Assembly: GCA_004431415.1 (NCBI GenBank)
Contig: QPMI01000190.1
Span: 62,001 to 126,000 of the forward strand
Length of the DNA stretch: 64,000 nucleotides
Source of the DNA: Cyanophora paradoxa CCMP329
Taxonomy: Eukaryota > Plantae > Glaucophyta
Direction of reading: 5' to 3'
How positions within the stretch are numbered: position 1 is the first letter of the stretch; the number at the start of each line of letters is the position of its first letter. Made by a program: the position numbers and the translations under genes. Below the pieces are notes generated by a model, which worked only from the letters and a program-made list of their open reading frames with translations, was not told where the DNA came from and made no database searches. Below, piece after piece: positions 1 to 11,835 of the stretch.

Positions 1-150
1 GAGCCCGACGGCACGGTCAAGGTCTACCACATCACCGAGGGCCCCGAGGAGGCCGACCCCGCCGCCCCCGACGACCCCTTCCTCTTCCCCGACTGCGCCG
101 ACTCGCCCCGGCCCCCGCCCCACGACCCCTTCCTCCCCCTCCCCTCTTGA
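1..150 (+). CDS. 3' end of a gene entering from outside the window (hypothetical protein)
   Basis: Frame 1 reads EPDGTVKVYHITEGPEEADP...PLPS to TGA at 148-150 with GC3-rich codons, followed by a pyrimidine-rich 3' region. Confidence 0.55.
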   Translation, partial: EPDGTVKVYHITEGPEEADPAAPDDPFLFPDCADSPRPPPHDPFLPLPS

Positions 151-744
151 CACCCTCCTCAGCCTGCCCTCTTCGGACCCCGCTCTCTTTGAGCCTGCCC
201 TCTTCGGACCCCGCTCTGCCAGCCCTCTTTGAACTTGCGCCCTCTCTTTTAGCCTGACCTTCTCTTTGCTCGTTCGCTCTCCAAAGTCCCTTTCCCTTCT
301 CCTCACAGCACAGGCCCCGGGGTCTCCAGTTTTGTATGCAGCGCAGCATATTTACGTTTGGGTTTAGGAACAGACATGCAGCGGTCAGGGTTCATACCGG
401 ACCTATAGATAATGCTTCTCATATTTGCTTTCTGTACCATATGCGTCGTGGGCCTCCGTTGTCGCGGGCGCCTTGCAATTGATGTCGATTTCGGATTCAC
501 ATGAACTGCCGGAGGACCGCATTGTGCTTCGTGGCACTCCTCCTCAGGGGCTCAAGGGCCTAGGCCCGAGGCACTGCAACGGCGTGGGGCCCCGGGGCGC
601 CGGCGTGCACGTGGACGTTGCGAGTTGGGGCGAGGTCCAACTACAGGCGAGCTCGAGAGTGATCAGAAAGGCTCGCCCCCGTGGGGTCCTACCGGGCTAT
701 GGGGAATTAAATAATGTGTGAATTAGCGGCTACGCCGTGACGGG

Positions 745-2060
745 CTACCAGCGCATCCAGAGGCGGACGGAGGTGTCCTCGCTGGCGGACACGAGGAAGG
801 CGCCGGAGACCGCCACGGCGTACACCGGGCCCCCGTGGCCCGCGTACCGCGACTCGTCGTGCCCCGCACCCGCCCACCGCCGCATCCGCGCCCCGGTCCG
901 CAGGTCCCACTGCGCGCGGCCCGCGTCAACGAACCGAAGCTCGAGATTCGGAGGCCTGGGGGCGAGCGCGCGCCTCGAGGATCTCGTTGCCGCCGGCGGA
1001 GTACAGGCTCTCGCCAACCGCGGCGAGGCCCCGGCAGTAGTAGTCGTGCCCTGGACCGGACCCCCCCGCGTCGGCCACGCGACGGCCGGGAGAACGGCGA
1101 GCGGGGGAAACACTCTCACAAATACGGCGTACCCTCGAAGGTGCGGGCGACGTCGCCCCTGGCGAGGTCCCATTCCTGGACGAGGGGCCCCGAGGTGGAG
1201 TAGAGGCGCCCGCCGTGCACCAGCAGGCCCGCCACGCTCGCCCCGCGCCGCGGCAGCGCCCGCACCTTCTGCCCCGTCTCCAGATCCCACTCCTGAGAGC
1301 CAGTCGGGTCGGCGGAAGCGAAGCTGCGGCCCGGGCACGCACGATGATCGTCTTGTCGAGGGAGCCGCTGAAGAGGCGCGCGGCGCCGTCCCAGGCGAGG
1401 GCGCGTACGTACGCGTAGTGCGCCTTGAGCGCGTGCAGCTGCTCTCCGCTCCGGCGGTCCCACACGCGGACGGCGTTGTCGTCCCCTGCGGAGACGAGCC
1501 GCCCGCCGGCCACCAGCAGCGCCCCCACCGCCTTGGTGTGGCCGGCGAGGACGCGCAGGGGCCCCGCGGCGCCCTCGGCCTCCAAATCGTACTCCTGCGA
1601 ACGGGCGCGGCGCGCGTCAGGGGGCGGCCGGCGGCGGCGATCGGCGCTGCGTGCCTGAATTTCGCCGCTGCCGAGCCCGATGTACAGGCGCGTCTCGACG
1701 GAGGCCGCGCTCTTGCAGCCGACCTCGGGGCTGGCCGCCGTCCAAGTGCGGAGCCGCCGGCTGCGCGTCGTACCGACCTCCCACTCCACAGCGGTCCCGT
1801 CGTCCGAAGCCGTGTATGCGCGATCGAGCGCCTCGTTCACGCACACGGTCCAGACGCGAGCCCCGTGCCGGCCGAGGACGCGACCTGCCCTTGGTCAGCA
1901 TCGAGGATCGCGAGCATAGCACAGCGGACTCACAGATCATGCTGGCGACCGCGGACAGTTCGCGGCAAACGAGTCGCACGGGGCAAAGCTCATGGGGCCG
2001 CAGGAAGCGGAGAACGTGCTGCTGCACATCCAGCGGCAGATCGAGGATCGTCGGCGCCAT
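745..2060 (-). CDS. F-box/WD40-repeat protein (multi-exon)
   Basis: N-terminal F-box ILDLPLDVQQHVLRFLRPHELCPVRLVCREL; WD40 repeats GHTKAVGAL...SAGDDNAVRVWD, AHYAYVRALAWD...SGSLDKTIIV, GHGGPVYAVAV...SASEDTSVRLW. Confidence 0.9.
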
Positions 2061-2073
2061 CTCGGAAAGATGT

Positions 2074-2216
2074 CGAGCAGTGAGCAGCCTCAACTTTCGG
2101 CTGGGGCTTCGTCCAACTTTCGGCCTGCACTGCAGCCGAGCGGCCCGAGCAGTGAGCAGGGGTACGTGAGTAATTGAGACTTCAGCTAGCGGCACCGAGC
2201 GCAGATTGAGACTTCA
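2074..2216. promoter_or_regulatory. Divergent intergenic region with three pairs of short direct repeats
   Basis: CGAGCAGTGAGCAG at 2074 and 2146; CAACTTTCGG at 2091 and 2114; ATTGAGACTTCA at 2173 and 2205. Regulatory role is inferred. Confidence 0.4.
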
Positions 2217-2269
2217 ACAGGCCGTGCAGAGTGCGCGCTTCAGGCTTTGACGTGGGAGCGCCTGCCGCG

Positions 2270-4370
2270 ATGTTTCGACCAATCGCACGGGACGCACCCG
2301 GGCCAGGACCGCCGCAGCATGCGCAGCTCGTCGCCCGATCCGATCAAGCGAGAGTGTCTCACGGGCAATCGCCCAGCCTGCGCGGGCGCATCGCTTCGCC
2401 CGGCGCGCTTGGGCGACGAACGCCGAGCTCGGCGCGCAGCACGCCCGTAATTGATCGCAGGACCGACCGCATCGCTTCTCCGTTTGTGGTCCGCGCTGTG
2501 CAGTCGCCGGTGCCGAAAGAGGACGCGTCGAAGTTCCGCATTTCCTGGTCTGCGCGCATGCTCGCCCGCTTTTGCTGCGCTCTAAAGCCCTCTTCTATAA
2601 CTTTAATCTCATTCCCTTCACGTCTATCTGCGATTACAGGGACAAGCCGTACGCGCAGTGTCCTTTTTCCATTTGTTGCTTCAACAGCCTTCCTGTTCCC
2701 CTAACGCGGTTCGCTTCCTCAGGAAAGACGTAGTGCTTCACGAGGAGGTCCGTGCTTGCCTGCATCTTTCCTGGTTCCCCCTCTTGACATCCACCCGCAG
2801 CTCCTGCCTCTGCCCGTCCGCCCGCGGATGTGCGGGTCGCGCCGCCCCTCATCGGCCCGGCAGGTCGGGGAATTCCGTCTCGGCTTCTGCAGTTTTAACC
2901 TCGACGCCTCGGAGGAGAAGCGGGCGTTCTGCGAGTACTGGTGCACCCTTCGCCACCCCGCGCACAGAGCGGATGCCGACGCCGGCGCCGGGGGCGGCAG
3001 CGCGAGCGGGAGCGAGGACGAGGCGCGGGGGATGGTGCCGAGCAGCGGAGTGGACGGGGAGCTGGAGAAGCTGGTGGCGCGGGCCGGGGAGCTGGCCGGG
3101 GACGACGAGGCCCTCGAGGACCTCCGCTCCCGCACGGCCATCGCCGTCCAGGCGCCTCCCGCGTCTCTCGCCCGCCGCGTCCCTCTGACGCCGCGCCCGC
3201 CATCTCTCCGGCGCCCGCCCCCACAGGAGCCGCTCGAGAAGGGCGTCCTCACGCCTGCGATCGAGGCGGCGCGGCGCCTGCGCGGCAAGTGGGCCATGGC
3301 CTGCCTCTTCGGGCGCGTAACGTGCAGCCCCCAGCAGGCCGCGCGCCTCCGGCGCCGAAGCTCACGCGGCCGCGCAGCGGCCCGCTGGACTCTATGGAGG
3401 AGGAGAGGGGCGGGGGCGTGACAGAGCCCGCCCCGAGCCCCGCCTCCCTTGCCCCGCCCGCCGAGCGCGAGGCCGGTTCCGCCCGCCCCCCTGCGCCCGA
3501 CCGCGACGCGCGCGCCATCGGGCAGCGCCGCCCGACGGTGGAGGGCGCGGCCCCCGCGGCGGCGGCCGCCGGCGCCGCTGCGGCCGCTGCGGCGCGGGGC
3601 CTGCGCGTCAAGCGGGCGCTTCCGCTCTGCCCCCACGGCCACGTCTTCCACACCGGTGGGTCCACCCGCCCCTCGCGCCTCCGACGACCGCAGCTGAAGC
3701 CGCCGTTGGGCCGGCGCGCAGAGTGCGTGGTGCAGCAGATCGCGTTCTACGCGCGGGAGCTCGCCGCCGGGCGCCCCATCAACATCGAGTGGCGCGCCCT
3801 TCGATGCGCCTTGCCCCTCCCTACTGAGCTTCGCGCTGACTTGCTGGCTGGCAGCCCGTACCACTGCCGGACGCTGTGCGTGCGGCCGCGGGCGGCCTCG
3901 CCGCGCTCGGAGCTGCGGCATCTCATCGCCGCTGCCTCCGCAATGAGCGCTCCGCCGCCCGTCTCCGCGGAGGGGCCGATGCGCGGGGGCCGGGGCCCGC
4001 TCCTGCCGCCCCCGCGGGGCTCGCGCGAGGAGCGCGCCGGCGCCGAGGCGCTCGCCCACTTCGCCTCCGCATCCGCCGCCTCCGACGCCGAGCTCGAGGC
4101 GAGCCCGCGCCCCGCCCCGTCGTCCGGCGGCGACGCCTCGACTGAACGCCCCGCGGCCGGCAGGACGTGCGGCGGGCGGAGCGGCGGGCCGCCTGCATTG
4201 CAATCGCCGTGCGGGTCGCGTGCAACGTGCGCTGTGTACCCCACCCCTGTCCCCGCGCCCGCCGATAGCCGTACCCCCGCAGCTGGGCTTCCTCCTGCTC
4301 CTCCTCGCCTTCCTCCTCTGGCCCATCCTCCTCTAGGCCCCGGCCCGCGGTGCACCCCGGCCCGCCCCTA
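2270..4370 (+). CDS. Hypothetical multi-exon protein with RING-like Zn-finger motif
   Basis: Joinable exons KDVVLHEE|VGEFRLGFCSFNLD...FCEYW, ...LPLCPHGHVFHT|ECVVQQI...IEW|PYHCRTLC give a C-x-H-x2-H-x2-C...C pattern. Start uncertain. Confidence 0.55.
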
Positions 4371-5038
4371 GCGCCCCGCCCCGCCCCGCCCCGCACCGCC
4401 ACCGGCGCTCGCGTACCACCCGGCGCTCGCCCGACTATCCCCCGCCCCGCACGCGCGCAGATCTCCAGCTTGGCGACAGTCGTGCGCCCGCCCTCCTCGC
4501 CCTAGACCTTTGCTTCCCTTACAAAAGAGGCCGAGCCGTCCCGCCTGATCAGTGCCGCCCCTTGCCTTCAGGCCCTCCTCGTTCTTGCCGTGGTCATCTC
4601 CGAACGCGGCCGCTGAGCTCGAGCCACACGGGGCCCGGCGCGCGCGCCGAGCCTCCGAGGCCCCTTCCCCTCTCCCCTAGATTACTTACTGCTTCGCGCA
4701 CCACACCGCGTTTCGAGTAGCCTTAGAAGCCTGCCGCGATGGTCGCCAGCCTCAGCGCTAGCCCGCAATAAAGGCACAGCGCACGGCGGCTGCCAGGCTG
4801 CGGCTTCGGGCCCTGTAACGTAGTAAAGATCGAATCTGTCATGATCAGGCTGTAACATTGAACTGCCGCAGTGCGGAATTCGATTAATAGTATTTGTGAC
4901 AGCAAAACCTCGACCATCGTCCGCCTCTTATACGTATACATATAGTACGTGCGCGTGCCGCATATGCGCATGCGCAGTGCTTTTGCGGGCTCCTCCGGAA
5001 CTGTGTATCCCTCAGCGTGTGGTGCTGCTACTTGTCCG

Positions 5039-8000
5039 ATGGCGGAAGAGGAGGGAGCGCGGAGGGGCCTCTTCGGGCGCATCAAGACGCTTGGGACCCA
5101 GATCAAGCAGGCGCTCCGGCGGGAGCCAGGCAGCCAGGCAGTTTTCCTCACGGACTCGCTGGCGTTCGCAAGAGCGGATGCGGACGACGCAGCATCGCTC
5201 GTAGACTATGTGCAGCAGTCGTCCAACCGCCCCCGCGGCTCCCCCGCCGTCTCGCCGTGCTTCTTCGTGGTGGGCGCCCCGCTGTCAGGCCATCCGACTC
5301 GCGGGTCGGTCGTACACGTCCGTGAAGATTTCGTTGAAGCACAAGACAACGCGTCGTCGTTTCTCAACAGCGCGCTCTCTTTTGTTCGCTCCGTTCTGAA
5401 GTGCGCTCCGTTTGTTCGCCTTCTGTTCTGCACACGCTAAGGTCCCGCTGCTGACCTCCCCGTCCAGCTGGTCAAAAGCCGACAGTGCGAACGTTGCCTG
5501 CATTACGTATGTCGCCGGCGAGACCGAGCACGAAGCGTCTGCCCCGCTGCCCCAGTTTCAGACGTCCCGTCGTCCTTACCAGATCCCGCAGGCTTGTCGG
5601 ACTGCCTTATGCGTTGCTCGCGATGTGCCTCGTCTTCCTAGACGCAAATACGACAGGCCGGCGCGCCCTTGAGACAGTCCTGGCAAGGGTTGCAACGATG
5701 CCGGCGGATAGGGGTCCGCGCTCGCCCCGGCACACGTGCAGTTCCGCTCGAAACGTCGTCTTACACGGCTTCGCAGCGGCAGGGCCGGGCCGCGCGGCGC
5801 TGTCGCCCGCTCCGCCGGACGCTTCGCCTTCAGCCGTGAACCGCGCGGTTCCGCCTGTCTCGGCGAGCCTGCGTCGCTACCTGGACTTCTTCACCGAGGT
5901 TGTCCCCGCGGAGCCACCACTGTGGCCGCTCGCTGACTTGGGCGGACGCCTGTCAGGTTTTCCGGAGCGAGCTGCAGCCGGTGGTGGAGGGCTCCGAGAA
6001 CGGGCCGCTCCTCACCGGGCCGCAGGCGTTCCTCGCGTCGATCGCCAGTCGCCGCCTGCGGCTCGAGCGCATCGAGCTGCGCTTCTCGTCGCCCCCCTAC
6101 CTTGTGCGCTCCCTCCCGCGGTCCTCGGATTCCTTTTCGGGGCTGACCGGGCGACAGGACGCCATTCTTCGCCACCGCATCGAGGGCCAGAGGGCACAAA
6201 AGTTCTTCTGCGTGCACGTGCACGCGAACCGGCGCCTCCAGCCCAGGTCGGAACCTGCCGCCACCTCGCAGGGCCTGCGGGCAGCTGACGCGCGCGCGCA
6301 GTTTCACCTCGGCGCCGTGGGACGAGCTGAGGAGCTGCCACTGCACTTCGGCGGCGTGGCCGGCGCCGGTACAGGAGGCGCGCGGGGCGGGGGACCCGAG
6401 CTCGGGGACTGTCCTGCGGCTTGGTGAGGACGGGGACGGCGTGGAGCTCGAGGGAGATTGCGTGATCGACCTGTGCCACGCCTGCACGGCGACCGAGGCC
6501 GGCCCGGGGTACTGCCACCGCCTCTTCCGGGTCGCCCTGCACCCCGCCTTTGTCCTCCCCTGCGGCGCCGCCCGCCTGCGCCGCAGCCATGTCGACGTAC
6601 CCCCCGGGCTCCAGTCTGTGCCCCTCCTCCATAGCGCCCTCTCTCCGGCCTCCTCGGGCGCCCACGCGGCCGAGGCTCTCGCCCCGCCGCGGAGCGCGAG
6701 CGGCGGGGCCGGCGGGGCGGGGGCGGGGGCGGGGCCGTCCTCGCCGGCCCCCGGCTGCCCCTTCTGCGCCCAGTTCAAGGCGAGCTCCTTCTTTGTCGAC
6801 CTCGTCTTCGGGCCCTCGCCCGCCCCGCCCCCTCCTCCGCCCCCGCCCCGTCCCCGCCCCCGTCCCGGACGCCGGCATCGGCGTCGCTTCCCTCGCCGTC
6901 GAGCCGCGCTCCCCGGTGCGCACCGCCCGCCGCCCGCCCCGCCGCGCCCCGCCCCGCCCCGCCACTCCCCGCCCTTGCTGAGCGTGGCGGGCGGCGGCAG
7001 GCGGCGGCGCTGTTCGCCTCGCGCCTGGACGAGGCGGCGCGGGGCTTCTGCGACGTGCGCTGGCTCGACGGCGGCCCCGCCGACGGGCCGGCCCCCGACG
7101 ACGCGCCCCCGGCGCCCCTCTCCCCCGTCGTCCCCTCGCCGTCGCCCACACCGCCCTCGGTGGGGGCGAGCCCCGCCGGCGTCAGCCGGCGCCTCCCCTT
7201 CTCGCTCCCCTTCTTCAACCGGGACCGCGACGCCGGCCCCTCCGAGTCGGCGTCGGCTCGGACGGCTCGAGCCCGCGGCGCGAGGGCCGCCACCGGCACG
7301 GGAGCGGGCGCCACCGGCACCGCTCGCGGGCGGCGGCGGCGGCGGCGGCGGCAGAGGCGGAGGGGGCGGACCAGATGGCGGCGGACGAGGCGTTCGCGCG
7401 GCAGCTGCAGGAGGAGGAGGACCGGGAGGCGCGCCGCGCGCTCCGCCGCCGCGTCGCCCAGGTCCGCGCCGCCGCCGAGGCCGCCGCCGCGGGGCAGCCC
7501 AACGCCGACGCGAGCCTCGCCAACGCCGCATCCGCGCTCCTCGCCCCCCGTGGCGGCCTCGCCGGCGTCTCCGCGAACCTCGCCGCGCGCCTCGCTGCGA
7601 TCACGGGGCGGCCGCGGCGGCGGTGGATCCCGGCGCCGATGGAGGGCGGGGAGGGCGGCGCGGGGGAGGGGGCCCCCGCGGGGGACGACGAGGACTACCC
7701 GACGTTCACGCAGGAGCGGCTGCGGGACCTGGCGCTGAACGCGCGGCAGCTCGAGCAGCTGCTCGCCCACGTCGGCTACGACCTGGAGCGCCTCAACGAC
7801 CGCCAGCTCGCCGACATCACCCGCCGCATCGACCGCCTCGCCCACGGCCAGGCCGGCGGCTACGAGGACCAGATCATCCGCAGCCTCCCCACCTACGTCT
7901 ACCAGCCCCCGGCCCGCCCCTCCCTTCCCCTTCCCTTCTCTCCTCGAGCTGACGTCGCGGGGCAGGCGTCGTCGCAGGCGCAGGCGGTCCCCGAGGGGGC

Positions 8001-8140
8001 CACCGAGGAGGAGGCCGCCGTCGCCGCCGAGGCGCCCCCTCCTCTCTCCTCCCCCGCCCCGCTCCTGCTTTGGCTTACACGGCGCAGGTCGCGGCGGCGG
8101 CGGCGGCGGCGGACGCGGCGGAGCAGGAGGCGGCCGGCGG

Positions 8141-8176
<36 letters not shown>

Positions 8177-8488
8177 TGCGGGCGGGGAGGAGGCGTCGGC
8201 GCGGGAGTGCAGCGTGTGCCTGAGCGAGTGGCGGGCCGGGGAGCGCCTGAAGATCCTGCCCTGCATCCACACCTTCCACGTCAAGTGCATCGAGCGCTGG
8301 CTCCAGGTCCGTCGGCGTCGGCTAGGCCACCCTGGGCCCGGCTAGGCGTCCCTCCAAGACGGGAGGCCGCGAGCCGCCTGGGGTGCCTGAGCCGTCTAAC
8401 GGGGCGGGGCGGGCAGATCAACCTGACGTGCCCCTCGTGCAACCGCCGCGTCGACGAGCTCCCCGAGCTCCCCGACGTCCTCCCGTAG
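5039..8488 (+). CDS. PTEN/tensin-like pseudophosphatase + C2 domain + ubiquitin-binding helix + C-terminal RING-H2 (putative E3 ligase)
   Basis: NVACITYVAG...ALLAMCLVF (P-loop position), SLRRYLDFF, LEGDCVIDL...RLFRVALHPAFV...LRRSHVD (PTEN-C2-like), DEAFARQLQEEE, CSVCLSEWRAGERLKILPCIHTFHVKCIERWLQ|INLTCPSC. Confidence 0.75.
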
Positions 8489-8628
8489 CCGCGCCCCCGC
8501 CCGCGCCTCGCCAGCCCCCGCCCCCGCCCCCCGCGGGCCATCGCACCCCGCTGGTCCCCTTGCCTAGCAGCTACAAAGCTTCGATCCCTCGCCCCGCGCC
8601 CCATATTCCATCCGCAGTCAGTATTGTC

Positions 8629-11524
8629 CTATTCGAATCCGAACCCTGTTGGAGAGCAGCTAGTCGTTGACGACGCCGCCCGGCAAGCTAGCTCGGGCTC
8701 GCGATGGACGCCGCCTTCACGCACTGCGCCCGAGTGCGAGGGCCGCGTGAGCACGAGCGAGCCAAGGGGGAGGGCGCTGGGCCGGGGCGGGCCCCGGGGG
8801 GCGCGCGCGCCTTACGCCAGAAGAACGTGGCCCCCTCGGCGGCGGTCTCGCTGGTGAGGCGGGGCGGGGAGAGGGCGGCGGCGAGGGCGGCGAGCGTGAG
8901 GGAGAAGAGCAGCAGGCTCTTGAGGCTGCCGCGCAGCACCGGCGGCCTGCACTGCCGCGTCAGGCGGTACCTGCGCCGCCGGCCCCCGTCAGCACGGGAG
9001 GCGAGGGGGTACAGGGGACGGGCGGGGCTACCGATCGATGAAGTACTCGAGGGCGTTCGTGATGAGGCCGACGGCGGGGAGGAGAGGGAAGACGCCGGAG
9101 CCAACGCTGCCGGGCGGGGCCGGGCCGGGGCGTCAGGATGGAGTGGAAGCTGGGGGCGGGCGAAGTGCCGGGGTTACGTGTGCGCACTAGATAAGGTACT
9201 GTCTGTAGATCAGCTCCAGGTAGTCCTCCGCCACGTCGAAGTCCGGCTACCTCCCAGGATTCAGGGGGGAAAGAGGGTGCAGGGGCGGGGTTGGGGCGGG
9301 GCGCGCCTTATCGGCGTCCCCGTCGGAGGAGGGCGTGAGGGGCTCCTCGTCGCCGTAGGGGCCCAGGGCGACGCGCCGCGGGCCGCCCCCCATCGAGTAC
9401 GTCCTCCCCGGCCCCTGCGAGGGCGGAGAGTTAGCGCGGAGGGGGCACCGGGGGATCCAGCGGGGGCGAGCAAGCGGGCGGGCCTTGGGGTGCGAGGAGG
9501 GGCGGAGGCAGGGGAGGCAGGCGGAGAGGGCGCGGAGAATGGCCGGGGTCAGGAGTTCGAGGAGGTTGAAGACGGTGAGCTCGAGGAGGATGAGGGCGAA
9601 GAACTGGCGCCCCAGCACCTCCGTCACGCACTGCCCTGCGCCCTGGTTGAGCGAAGATAGGCAGAGAGGTGCAAACCGTCTTGCTGGGGCGCGCCTGCGG
9701 CGTCGGCGGCGCCCGTCTGGGCCCGCGTGAGCACCAGCAGCGCCAGGATCTTGAACAGGATCAGCTTCTGCGCCCCCGCGCCGGCGTCGCCCGGGTGAGG
9801 CGCGATGCAATTGAGGATGGAGTTTGGACACGCACGAGGCAGTTGTGCCTCCGCACGGCCGAGATCGTCGAGAGGCCTGCCGGGCGGTGCCGGGAGTCGT
9901 CTTCAGAGGGGCCCGCGGCCCAGCCGACGGACACCTCTCGCCCGCGCGCCCCGGGCGCGCACGCTCGAAGTCGGTGAGGAGGTAGCACTGCGGCAGACGG
10001 CGCGGGGCGCGTCAGGCCCCTCCCCGTGCCACGAGTCGCCAGAAGAGACACAGCGCACCAGCTTCCTCCAGACCATGTTCAGCACGATGAGGAAGCAGGC
10101 GATCTGCAGCGCGATGAGGAGCGCTCGCGGCGGCACGGCGCGGCGGGGCGCACCAGGATGGCGAAGCCGTAGGTGCGGGAGAGGCGGCTCGGCGCCCCGC
10201 TCTCGAACTCGATCTGGCGGAAGTTAGCGGAGAGCTGAGAGCAGGGAGCGCGGGGCCGACCTGGCGCCGCGTGAAGAAGTCCGTCGCGAAGTACACGGAC
10301 ACGAGCATCCCTGGGGTGCGCGGGCGAGGGATGGGGCGTGGGCGGGAACGGGGGCAGGAGGGGCCGGGGCGGGGGCAGGGGCGGGTACCGGCGAAGACGG
10401 TGTAGGAGAGGAGGAGGCGGGCGACGCGGGAGGGGAGGGATACCCCCGCGTTCTCGGGGATGGCGTCGCGCCGCGCGAACACGTCCACCTGGCGGGCACC
10501 GGATTCAGCGGGGACGGGGTCGGGTCGGGTCGGAGGGGGGTACGGGACCTCGGGGACGTCGCGGTGGCGGGAGAACCAGCGGGCCTGCCAGACGTAGTAG
10601 AGGGGCCCGAAGCAGAAGGTGACGGGCAGGAGCAGGCCCCAGCTGCGTCGGGAGCAGACTCTGAGGCAGAGGCAGAGTCGAATCAGAATCAGGCGAACCT
10701 GATCTTCCACGCGGTCCACTCGAAGGGCTGCGCGTAGCTGCACGTCCACAGGTCCTCCAGCGCGAATTGGTACCCCTCCGTCCTCGTCAGCGCGAAGAAG
10801 TGCGGGATCACGTTGAGCGCGCCTTCAGAGCGGAGTAAGCAGCGGTGCATTTAAACCCGGAGGCGAGCCGGGGGGACGGGGGGCGACACGCAACTGAGAA
10901 CGACCAGGAGTGCGTTCGAGTCTGCCGTGCACGGCGTGAGGACGCCTTCAAAAAGCTCAGGCTCTAACTTGGCGCTCACAAATGACGAAGAGAATAAAGT
11001 CGAAGTAGAAGCGGATGCCGAGGCCGTAGCGGGCCTGCATCTCCGCGTGCGAGAGCATCACGGAGGGCTTCCCCGGCGGCGGCGGCGGCGGCCGCGGCGT
11101 TGCGTCCGTGTCTACAGCGAGGAGCTCCACGCGCCCCGCCCTGCGAAATCGATCCCGTCGACCCCGTACGCTGGGGGAGCGGGGGGAGGCGTACGCTGGG
11201 GGAGCGGGGGGAGGCTCCACGGGAGAGTAGCCCGTCCCCGACGTGGTGACAAAGCTGAGCCCAACGCTCGTCGCCAGGTGCCCGAAGAAGGTCTGTGGAG
11301 GACGCGGGCCGTAGCCGTACGCGGCAGTAGCCGGGTGTGCGGGCTCTGGCGCCCCCCACGCGCCGTGAGGAATGTATGATTGCTGCTGCGCCGGGTCGCC
11401 CCACGTCCCGCCGTGCGAGCCGTGGCCGGGGCCGCCGGGCTGCAAAACGTCGTCAGACGAAGCCAAACTTTGGTTTGACGGGCCGAACCAGGGCGGGCTC
11501 GGGGGCTCCCGACTCTTGCATCAT
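8629..11524 (-). CDS. TMC (transmembrane channel-like) family protein
   Basis: YGLGIRFYFDFILF, several hydrophobic TM exons, LLTDFE, PDFDVAEDYLELIYRQYL, FPLLPAVGLITNALEYFIDR|YRL resemble TMC/TMEM16/OSCA superfamily motifs. Confidence 0.75.
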
Positions 11525-11835
11525 CTCTGCCGCTCAGTGCACGTACGCGCGATGGAATATCGCCGCCTCTGTGCCGCGAGCAGCCCCGGCTCGTTCTGCC
11601 AAGCTGGCGCTCCTCCCGTATTTGAGCGCAGTGGTTGAGCTTCGCTAAACGCTCTCAGGGCTCGCGGGGGGCTGGTTTTGTTCAGTTGGGCGGAAGTTGG
11701 CCACAGTATTGGGGGTACCAAGTTGTCGCCAACGAAGCTGGGCGCCGCACGGCGCACATTCGACGAGATCTTTTGAATTAGCTAAACGCTCTTATCGTCG
11801 TGTTCACCTGAGAGCCGCGCCCAGTGGTCGAAGCT

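Noticed and set aside
357-368. Telomere-like TTTGGGTTTAGG
   Set aside because: Under two units; chance level.
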